Part shown: positions 1 through 6,435 of the stretch, piece by piece
Layout: every line of letters begins with the position of its first letter
How positions within the stretch are numbered: position 1 is the first letter of the stretch
Assembly (NCBI GenBank): GCA_040385105.1
Contig: JAZKHY010000031.1
Span: forward strand, 1 to 64,000
Origin: Pseudomonadota bacterium
Lineage (GTDB): Bacteria; Pseudomonadota; Gammaproteobacteria; Burkholderiales; Burkholderiaceae_C
Direction: 5' to 3'
Length of the DNA: 64,000 nucleotides
Made by a program: the position numbers and the translations under genes
Notes under the pieces: model-generated
Seen by the model: only the letters and a program-made list of their open reading frames with translations
What the model was told of the DNA's origin: nothing
The model's database searches: none

Positions 1-194
1 CTGTCCTTGCCGCCCGAGACGCAGACCATGACCTTGTCGCCCTCCTCGATCATGTTGAAGTCCATGATCGCGCGGCCGACCTCGCGGCACAGGCGCTTCT
101 CGAGCTTGTGGGTTTCCCGCTCGATCTTCATGTCCTGCGCAAAGGACGTGCCTTTGGAGGAAGGTTCTTCGGTGTCGATCCAGACTGCACTCAT
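1..194 (-). CDS. ttcA: tRNA 2-thiocytidine(32) synthetase TtcA, N-terminal fragment (gene runs off the window start)
   Basis: Reverse-strand translation from ATG (complement of 192-194): [65 protein letters not shown], with the PP-loop SGGKDS motif typical of TtcA. Confidence 0.7.
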   Translation of the reverse strand, partial: MSAVWIDTEEPSSKGTSFAQDMKIERETHKLEKRLCREVGRAIMDFNMIEEGDKVMVCVSGGKD

Positions 195-258
195 GGAGCG
201 TATTGTCTCACCGGCGGGAAAATCTGCCATGCCCCCACGACTCGCGACGAAGTCAGGC

Positions 259-289
259 CAAAAAAAAGCCGACCCACGGAGGGTCGGCT
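259..289 (-). terminator. Rho-independent terminator downstream of rtcB
   Basis: Minus-strand reading gives hairpin GCCGACCC-tccgt-GGGTCGGC followed by TTTTTTTTGG, immediately after the RtcB stop. Confidence 0.75.
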
Positions 290-304
290 TCAATACCGGC
301 TTGT

Positions 305-1543
305 TCAACCTTTCACACACACCACCTGCTTGAGCGTGTGGACCACGTCCACCAGGTCGCGCTGCGCGTTCATCACCGCGTCAATGTCCTTGTACGCGGC
401 GGGCGTTTCGTCGATGACGTCCTTGTCCTTGCGGCACTCGACGCCTTCGGTGGCAGCCCTGTGGTCCGCCCGCGTGAAGTGGCGCTTGGCTTCGCCGCGG
501 CTCATCACGCGGCCGGCGCCGTGCGAGCAGCTGTCAAAGCTTTCCGCATTCCCCTTGCCGCGCACGATGAAGCTGCGCGCGCCCATGCTGCCGGGGATGA
601 TCCCGAGCTGCCCGGTTTTCGCGCTCACCGCGCCCTTGCGGGTGACGTAGACGTCCTCGCCGAAGTGATGCTCCTTCTGCACATAGTTGTGGTGGCAGTT
701 CACCGCCTCGATATGGCTCTGGAAGCTCTTGTGGATCACCGTCTTCGCGGCTTCGATCACACGCTTCATCATCACCTCGCGGTTGATCGCCGCGAACTTC
801 TGTGCCCAGCCCACCGCGCGGACGTAGTCGCCGAAGTAGCGGCTGCCTTCCTCGAAGTAGGCCAGGTCGCGGTCCGGCAGGTTGGCCTGGTGGCGCATCG
901 CATCCTGCTTGGCCAGCTCGATGAACATCGTGCCGATGAAGTTGCCCACGCCACGCGAACCCGAGTGCAGCATGAACCAGACAAAGCCCGCTTCGTCCAG
1001 GCAGACCTCGATGAAGTGGTTGCCCGTGCCCAGCGTGCCCAGGTGCTGGATGTGATTGGTCTTCGCGATCTTGGGGTAGTCGCGGCACAGTTCGGTGAAC
1101 TCCGGCTCGAGTTGCGCCCAGGCAGTGTTGACCGAGCCCGGCAGCTTGTGCCACGCGCCCGGGTCGCGCGAGCCCGGCGAGCGGCCGTGCGGCACGGCGC
1201 GCTCGATGGCCGAGCGCAGCGGCGCCAGGTTGTCCGGCAGGTCTTCGGCCTTGAGCGTGGTCTTGCAGGCCATCATGCCGCAGCCGATGTCCACGCCCAC
1301 TGCCGCAGGAATGATCGCCCTGAGCGTGGGAATGACCGAACCGACGGTTGCGCCGATGCCGAAGTGCACGTCCGGCATGACGGCGATGTGCGGGTACACG
1401 ACGGGCAGGCGCGCCGCATTGGTCACCTGGCGCCTGGCCCCGTCATCGACGGGGACGCCGCGCGTCCACATCTTCACCGGCACGCCGCCGGGGGTGGCTT
1501 CCTCGATGAAGCCGGATTCGATTTCTTCAGTCATGGTGTCCAT
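305..1543 (-). CDS. rtcB: RNA-splicing ligase RtcB (3'-phosphate/5'-hydroxyl RNA ligase)
   Basis: 412 aa ORF with RtcB hallmarks ([29 protein letters not shown]); no rtcA or rtcR in the window. Confidence 0.93.
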   Translation of the reverse strand: MDTMTEEIESGFIEEATPGGVPVKMWTRGVPVDDGARRQVTNAARLPVVYPHIAVMPDVHFGIGATVGSVIPTLRAIIPAAVGVDIGCGMMACKTTLKAEDLPDNLAPLRSAIERAVPHGRSPGSRDPGAWHKLPGSVNTAWAQLEPEFTELCRDYPKIAKTNHIQHLGTLGTGNHFIEVCLDEAGFVWFMLHSGSRGVGNFIGTMFIELAKQDAMRHQANLPDRDLAYFEEGSRYFGDYVRAVGWAQKFAAINREVMMKRVIEAAKTVIHKSFQSHIEAVNCHHNYVQKEHHFGEDVYVTRKGAVSAKTGQLGIIPGSMGARSFIVRGKGNAESFDSCSHGAGRVMSRGEAKRHFTRADHRAATEGVECRKDKDVIDETPAAYKDIDAVMNAQRDLVDVVHTLKQVVCVKG

Positions 1544-1600
1544 GATTGTTCTCCAAAAAAGAAGGGTACGCCCCTCGTGGGGACGTACCCTTGAAATGGC

Positions 1601-2737
1601 TCAACGGATCTTCACCAACCCGTTGAGCACCTGGTCCAGACCTCCAAACACGGAGATCTTGTCGATGCGCTCGGCCACGCGCTCCAGCGTCTCCAGCTCC
1701 TTCAGGCGCAGGGCGATGGGGTTGTCCTCCATCACCCTGGCCGTGTTGAGCAGCGAGCGGGTCGCTGCCGTTTCCTCGCGGCGGCGGATCACGTTGGCTT
1801 CAGCCGACTTGCCGGCTTCGACCACTTTCGCGAGGATGGTCTTCATCTCGCCGGGTAGCACGATATCCTTCACGCCCACACCGTCCAGCTCCAGGCCCCA
1901 GGCCGCAAGCCGGCTGCTTGCGCACGCGGTCACGACCTCGTCGATCACCGACTTGTTCTCCAGCAGCTCGTCCAGCGTGCGGGTACCCACCGCCGCGCGC
2001 AGGCCCAGCTGCAGCTCGCGGTACAGGTGCTCCGCGGGTTTCTGCAGCAGGGTGAAGGCCTTCAGCACGTCGGTGTAGCGCCAGGTCGCGGCCAGGTTCA
2101 GCCTCAGGCTGACCTTGTCGCGGGTCAGGATTTCCTGGCCCGTGACTTCCACGGCCTGCAAACGCAGGTCCACCAGCTCGACCGCCACGTTGCGGCTGAA
2201 CTTCCAGAACGCGTACGAGCCGGGCTCCAGCAGACGCGACACCTTGCCGTCCACCGCCAGCACGCCGGTCGCGTGCTCGGGAACCTGAATCTGCAGCACG
2301 CCGGCCAGCCCGGTCACGCCGCGCTGGCGCAGCTGGGTCTGCATCAGGCGCTGCGCCATCGCGGCAGGGAGCTCGGCGGACGCAGCCAGGTCGATCACCT
2401 CGACCTTCACGTCCACCAGGCCCTTCCAGTACAGGCGGCGGGTGCCGGGCGCCAGCACTTCCACCAGCACGCCGTTCTCGCTGCGCAGGCCGGCCTGGGT
2501 CTCGCCCAGCTCGACGCGCAGGAATTCAGCGGCCACCACCTCGGGCTCCATGGCCATCAGGTAGTCGGCCAGGCCGTGCATGAAGGCGGGCTGCTCCAGC
2601 GCGAAGGTCTCCACGCGGAGCTTGTCCGTCATGGAGAACAGCTTGTGTTCGCCGGGCGGCAGGATGCGATCGAAATCGCCGTTGCGCAGCAGGATGCCGC
2701 GTTCGTTCTTCTTCACAGTGACACGCTTGTATTCCAT
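1601..2737 (-). CDS. SPFH/band-7 (slipin family) protein, first gene of an operon with rtcB
   Basis: ORF 1601..2848. The internal start MEYKRVTVKK at 2735-2737 is preceded by a GGAGAA RBS. Coiled-coil rich C-terminal half. 57 nt gap to rtcB on the same strand. Confidence 0.75.
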   Translation of the reverse strand: MEYKRVTVKKNERGILLRNGDFDRILPPGEHKLFSMTDKLRVETFALEQPAFMHGLADYLMAMEPEVVAAEFLRVELGETQAGLRSENGVLVEVLAPGTRRLYWKGLVDVKVEVIDLAASAELPAAMAQRLMQTQLRQRGVTGLAGVLQIQVPEHATGVLAVDGKVSRLLEPGSYAFWKFSRNVAVELVDLRLQAVEVTGQEILTRDKVSLRLNLAATWRYTDVLKAFTLLQKPAEHLYRELQLGLRAAVGTRTLDELLENKSVIDEVVTACASSRLAAWGLELDGVGVKDIVLPGEMKTILAKVVEAGKSAEANVIRRREETAATRSLLNTARVMEDNPIALRLKELETLERVAERIDKISVFGGLDQVLNGLVKIR

Positions 2738-3018
2738 GGTGTTCTCCTTGTGGGTTGCGTGTTTCAAAAATAGGGCGCCGCGGGTTGCGGCCATGCCGGC
2801 GGACGCTGAAGGCCAGGGGCCGGGCTCCACGGCGCGCCTTGGCGGCAAGGTGCCGCTTCAAGCTTGACGTGAGCGCGGACCCGGCGCATCCGGCGCGCGA
2901 GCCGGCATCGCCGGCAGGCTTGGGGCTCGCCCTTCATGGGCGCCGCGCAAGGCGGCGCTTCCTTCAGGTTTGCCCCGCGCCTGCGCGCGGCGCTTGGTCT
3001 TTCGACCGTTTGCGATTT

Positions 3019-3087
3019 GGAAACGGGAGTCGAACCCGTGACAGGTCTTTTATGCAAAGACTGCTCTACCACTGAGCTATCCATTTC
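3019..3087 (-). ncRNA. Degenerate tRNA-like element 1 (tRNA-Met-like body with an aberrant anticodon loop; possible pseudo-tRNA or tRNA mimic)
   Basis: Minus-strand sequence GAAATGGATAGCTCAGTGGTAGAGCA-GTCTT-TGCATAA-AAGAC-CTGTC-ACGGGTTCGACTCCCGT-TTCC. D-arm and T-arm are canonical. The anticodon loop carries CAT but has G at position 33. The 5' and 3' ends cannot form a standard 7-bp acceptor stem together with the T-stem. No CCA. Confidence 0.4.
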
Positions 3088-3090
3088 TAA

Positions 3091-3147
3091 TGGTGGGCGG
3101 CCCGGGAGTCGAACCCGGCTCGTCGCGGAGGTATCCCCACGCCGCCC
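3091..3147 (-). ncRNA. 57-nt armless tRNA-like minihelix element 2 (perfect acceptor stem, T-arm, discriminator A, encoded CCA; no D or anticodon arm)
   Basis: Minus strand reads GGGCGGC-GTGGGGATACCTCCGCGACGAG-CCGGGTTCGACTCCCGG-GCCGCCC-A-CCA. The acceptor stem pairs perfectly over 7 bp and the T-arm is canonical. It lies 3 nt upstream of element 1 in the transcription direction. Confidence 0.45.
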
Positions 3148-3296
3148 TGGCATCCACCGCTTCCCGGCAGCGCGGCATGCAACACGTCCACGGACCGAGG
3201 CCCGGACGGATGCACCGGCGGGGCGGGCGTGAGCCCGAACCCCAGCCTGTCAGCGCTTGGCCGTTTGGCGGAAGATTTCTGTGCGGCTGAACCTGT

Positions 3297-3860
3297 TCAG
3301 TTCAGCCGCGATCCTTTGGGCAGGCGCGAAGCCAGCCACTCATGCACGTCGGCCCGGATGTTCCGGCCTTCCAGCAGGAAGTCCTCGAAGCGGCTGGGCA
3401 CATACGGCAGGTACGCCAGTGCCATGCCCGCTTCTTCGGGCGTGCGGTCGGCCTTGCGGCCATTGCACAGCGCGCACGCCGCGACCAGGTTCATCCAGCT
3501 CCACGCGCCGCCGCGCGACAGCGGGAAGATGTGCTCGCACTGCAGGTCGCGCTCGGCAATCACCTGCGCGCAGTACGCGCAGGTGAACCGGTCGCGGCGC
3601 AGCAGTTTGCGCTTGCTGAAGCCTGGCGTGACGTCGAACAGGTTGTGCCTGGCCGCGCCGTTGAGTGCAATGATGGGGTGCACCGGCAGCAGCGACTGCC
3701 TATTGCTCGAGACGTTCCAGCCGCCGCGCAGCACGGCCAGCGGACTGGCGCCGTCTTCCCACGCGACCGAACCGGTCGCGTAGTGCAAGGCCGCCTGCTC
3801 CAGGCTGATCCAGGCCTGCGGCGTGCCCTGGATATCCAGCTGAAGTACATGCGCTTGCAT
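3297..3860 (-). CDS. HNH endonuclease (McrA-like, about 187 aa) embedded between tRNA genes
   Basis: Motifs CAYCAQ...CEHIFPLSRGG...NLVAACALCN. RBS GGAGAA; the start lies 26 nt downstream of the 3' end of tRNA-Lys. Confidence 0.85.
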   Translation of the reverse strand: MQAHVLQLDIQGTPQAWISLEQAALHYATGSVAWEDGASPLAVLRGGWNVSSNRQSLLPVHPIIALNGAARHNLFDVTPGFSKRKLLRRDRFTCAYCAQVIAERDLQCEHIFPLSRGGAWSWMNLVAACALCNGRKADRTPEEAGMALAYLPYVPSRFEDFLLEGRNIRADVHEWLASRLPKGSRLN

Positions 3861-3886
3861 GGTGTTCTCCTTTGTTTTGATGTTGT

Positions 3887-3963
3887 TGGTGTGGGCTCAG
3901 GGATTCGAACCCTGTACCCCCTGGTTAAAAGCCAGGTGCTCTGGCCGAATGAGCTAAGCCCGC
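3887..3963 (-). tRNA. tRNA-Lys (anticodon TTT)
   Basis: GCGGGCT-TA-GCTC-ATTCGGCCA-GAGC-A-CCTGG-CTTTTAA-CCAGG-GGGTA-CAGGGTTCGAATCCCTG-AGCCCAC-A-CCA. One C2·A71 acceptor mismatch. Confidence 0.75.
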
Positions 3964-4173
3964 ATGAAACTCACCACTCGCCGACTTCGCGCACGCGCTG
4001 GTCCAGATCGAGTCGATCCAGATCAATGCGCCTGCGCGCGCCCTGGCGGTGGACACGGGTACCCACGCGTGCGATACCGCGAACGAGAGCCTGCACCACG
4101 CGGTTGCGCGGCTTGGCTGCTGGCACTGCAAACATTTGCTTGCGCATGATGGCTCCTTTGAAAGTGTTGAAAA

Positions 4174-4249
4174 TGGCGCCCCGTGAGGGAATCGAACCCT
4201 CGGCTTCCTCCTGGACAGGGAGGCACTCTGGCCGCTGAGTTAACGGAAC
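4174..4249 (-). tRNA. tRNA-Asp (anticodon GTC)
   Basis: Cloverleaf with anticodon loop CTGTCCA and T-arm GAGGGTTCGATTCCCTC. Acceptor GTTCCGT/ACGGGGC has two G·U wobbles. Discriminator G, encoded CCA. Confidence 0.75.
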
Positions 4250-4258
4250 GGAAAATGC

Positions 4259-4337
4259 TGGTTGCGCAGGCCGGATTCGAACCGGCGATCTCAGGCGTAT
4301 GAAACCTGCGGGGACAACCAGACTCCCCTACGGCGCT
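4259..4337 (-). tRNA. tRNA-Met (anticodon CAT); possibly initiator-like, or an Ile2/lysidine tRNA
   Basis: Anticodon loop TTCATAC. The 3' end GGCCTGCGCAACCA resembles the fMet 3' end. Unpaired A1·A72, one C6·U67 mismatch, 11-nt D-loop. Confidence 0.6.
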
Positions 4338-4342
4338 ATTTC

Positions 4343-4420
4343 TGGCATCGTGTGCGGGATTCGAACCCGCGATCTCCTGATTGAAAGTCAGGTGTCCTTG
4401 GCCATCTAGACGAACACGAC
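4343..4420 (-). tRNA. tRNA-Glu (anticodon TTC)
   Basis: GTCGTGT-TC-GTC-TAGATGGCCAA-GGAC-A-CCTGA-CTTTCAA-TCAGG-AGATC-GCGGGTTCGAATCCCGC-ACACGAT-G-CCA. Confidence 0.85.
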
Positions 4421-4426
4421 AAAAGC

Positions 4427-4503
4427 TGGTGCCCCAGGGGAGACTCGAACTCCCAGAATCCTGCTTCTGAGGCAGGCATGTCTGCCGGTTCCATCACCGG
4501 GGC
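4427..4503 (-). tRNA. Non-canonical class-I tRNA with anticodon CAG (Leu anticodon, but no long variable arm)
   Basis: GCCCCGG-TG-ATG-GAACCGGCAGA-CAT-G-CCTGC-CTCAGAA-GCAGG-ATTCT-GGGAGTTCGAGTCTCCC-CTGGGGC-A-CCA. 3-bp D-stem, 5-nt variable region, discriminator A73. Confidence 0.55.
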
Positions 4504-4768
4504 AAAAAATCCATTTCGGCTGTGTCCATACGCGAGCCGCAGGCGCGGGGCCTGTGTGGGTCGCTCGCTGCACATGGGGAGCTACCCCGTGCACATCCCG
4601 CCATGCCCTTCCCGAGGCAGCATGCAGGCGGTGCCGTATAGGCACACCCGAAATGGCAGGACGCCTGCGGCCAGTACCGCGGCTTGTCCTGCTGCAATTT
4701 GTTAACGATCAAAACACCGTTCCCGGTGGCGCAGCGCGATCACTGCAATGGGTGCGCCTTCAGGCGGA

Positions 4769-4804
4769 CAAAGAAAAAGGCCCGGTTCCTCAGGAATCCG
4801 GGCC
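4769..4804 (-). terminator. Intrinsic terminator oriented for minus-strand transcription (orphan; no annotated minus-strand gene upstream)
   Basis: Hairpin GGCCCGG-N12-CCGGGCC (4779-4804), followed on the minus strand by TTTTTCTTTG. Confidence 0.5.
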
Positions 4805-5075
4805 TCTTGTGGAAAGAGATGAAGGGGTGTGGGCGCCTACGCGCTACCCCTGCCCGGATAAGTCGGATCCTCATAACCAGCCAGCAGCTGGAGCGCCGGG
4901 AGGCGCGTGGACGGATGCGACATGAATCCCTGATTGCCCGTCGTGGCGACAGGACGCAGCCAGCCACAACCGTCGATAAACGGCCGTTTGCTGGTTGATC
5001 TGATGGTCCTGGTTGTCACGATGGCTTCCTGTCTGTTGACTTGCGTCGGTTGATAACGTGTGCCTCTTTCGAGGC

Positions 5076-5115
5076 GTTGACATGAACTGTAAAGAAACTT
5101 TACTGCAACGTCAAC
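5076..5115. promoter_or_regulatory. Imperfect inverted repeat (GTTGAC...TAAAG-AAA-CTTTA...GTCAAC) in the XRE-regulator promoter region; candidate operator
   Basis: Arms GTTGAC/GTCAAC and TAAAG/CTTTA, 45 nt upstream of the XRE ORF start. Confidence 0.35.
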
Positions 5116-5160
5116 ACCCCGGACAATGAGTTCTGAAATTGTTGCTTCGCATCCACACAC

Positions 5161-5523
5161 ATGAACGTTTCCATCACCACGGTCCGAAGGCAGAACCTGC
5201 TGGTTCTCTACCAGGAGTTCGTTCAACAGGCGGTGGCCAAAGGTGGGACGCCGCGCGGGCTCGACCAGGACTTTGCCGCGCACCTGGAGATATCACCCAG
5301 CATGCTCAGCCAGATCAAGTCGGCGCGGCCGATCGGCGACAAGCTGGCGAGGCAGATAGAGACCCATTGCAACAAGGCGGCGGGCTGGCTGGACCAGGAA
5401 GGGCTGCCTTCAGAGCGTGGGCCTGATGCCGCTGAAGAACGCTTCATCGCGCTGGCCCGCGCGGCGTGGCGGGGCGCCAACACCAGGCGGAAACGGGAGT
5501 TGACCACGGCACTGCGGGCTTGA
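5161..5523 (+). CDS. XRE/Cro-like helix-turn-helix transcriptional regulator
   Basis: 120 aa with an HTH-like segment (ISPSMLSQIKSARPIGDKLARQIE). Confidence 0.55.
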   Translation: MNVSITTVRRQNLLVLYQEFVQQAVAKGGTPRGLDQDFAAHLEISPSMLSQIKSARPIGDKLARQIETHCNKAAGWLDQEGLPSERGPDAAEERFIALARAAWRGANTRRKRELTTALRA

Positions 5524-5546
5524 TGGCTCTTCCGGGCTGTCGTACG

Positions 5547-6266
5547 TCATTCGCCGTCTTGCATGAGCGTGTTCCAGCGCGCATGTCCCAGCCCGTTGCG
5601 CAGGGCCACCGCGCCTTTGGGGCTGAACTGCAGCGCGCGTGAGCCGTTACGGCGTACCAGCCAGCCGCTGTCCAGGCATTGGCTGCAGATCAGTGCGCCC
5701 AGGCGGCCCGCGACATGATGGCGGCGCTCGCTCCAGTCCAGGCAGGGGCGGCAGTGCGGGCGCTTGCCTCCGGCGCCTGACAGCGCGGCGCTATCCACAC
5801 CCAGGGCCTTCAGCACGGCGCCGGCGCGGTCTGTCAAATGGCCTGCCTCGCCATCAAATGCAATGGCGCCGTGGTCCAGCAGGTGCTGGGTAATGGCCAC
5901 ACCCAGCCGCCCGGCAATGTGGTCGTAGCAGGTGCGCGCCATGCGCATGGCCGCGTCGCGCGGGCCGGTCACGGTGCGCTGCACCGATGCCTGTTGCGCG
6001 GCCAGTTGGGTAATGCCTTCCAGCACACGTGCCACATCGGATGACGCGAGCCGGTGATAGCGGTGGCGGCCCTGGCGCTCCATGTGCAGCAGGCCGGCCT
6101 CTATCAGCATCGCCAGGTGGCGGCTGGCCGTGGCCGCGCTGATATTGCCGGCGGCAGCCAGCTCATTGGCCGTCAGCGCGCGGCCGTCCATCAGCGCGAG
6201 CAGCATGGCGGTGCGCGCCGGCTCGCCGACAAGGGACGCGATGTGGGCAATCTGGTTGGTGTTCAT
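5547..6266 (-). CDS. ArsR-family HTH transcriptional regulator with a C-terminal extension
   Basis: ORF 5547..6404; probable start MNTNQIAHIASLVGEPARTAMLLALMDG. ArsR-type HTH (ANELAAAGNISAATASRHLAMLIEAGLL). Confidence 0.7.
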   Translation of the reverse strand: MNTNQIAHIASLVGEPARTAMLLALMDGRALTANELAAAGNISAATASRHLAMLIEAGLLHMERQGRHRYHRLASSDVARVLEGITQLAAQQASVQRTVTGPRDAAMRMARTCYDHIAGRLGVAITQHLLDHGAIAFDGEAGHLTDRAGAVLKALGVDSAALSGAGGKRPHCRPCLDWSERRHHVAGRLGALICSQCLDSGWLVRRNGSRALQFSPKGAVALRNGLGHARWNTLMQDGE

Positions 6267-6435
6267 GGCGATGACGGTACAGCCGGTGGCGGGGCAAATG
6301 CTTCGTTCCGCAGCAAAGCATTCTGGCACTCCATCTGCAAGACCGCGTTGAGGCAGCGGGGTTTCGCGTACGGTACAGGACCAGGAGCTAGAATATCCAT
6401 TCAATTATCTATTCACATATCTATTCAAAGCTGCG

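Noticed and set aside
203-1594. 463-aa plus-strand ORF overlapping rtcB
   Set aside because: Antisense to a well-supported RtcB gene in a high-GC genome, where long spurious antisense ORFs are common. Its translation is low-complexity Arg/Ala/Val-rich with no recognisable domain.
3091-3147. Possibility that the CCA-ended tRNA-like element is the tmRNA (ssrA) tRNA-like domain
   Set aside because: No 5' tRNA-like half, mRNA-like tag reading frame or pseudoknots nearby. The element is self-contained at 57 nt.
2764-3153. 129-aa minus-strand ORF over the tRNA-like elements
   Set aside because: It overlaps structured RNA-like sequence, has no RBS and an Arg/Pro-rich composition. The track's M1 is a non-ATG codon (ORF track translates alternative starts as M).
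3019-4505. Integrative-element att site (partial tRNA 3'-end duplication) explaining the truncated tRNA-like elements
   Set aside because: No integrase, excisionase or phage genes in the window, and no direct repeat of the partial tRNA 3' end at a second site. The two partial elements are adjacent to each other rather than flanking an island.
4554-4998. Short plus-strand ORFs (123 and 104 aa) right of the tRNA array
   Set aside because: No RBS, Arg-rich artefact-like composition, and they overlap a terminator hairpin. The region is more likely non-coding or an sRNA.
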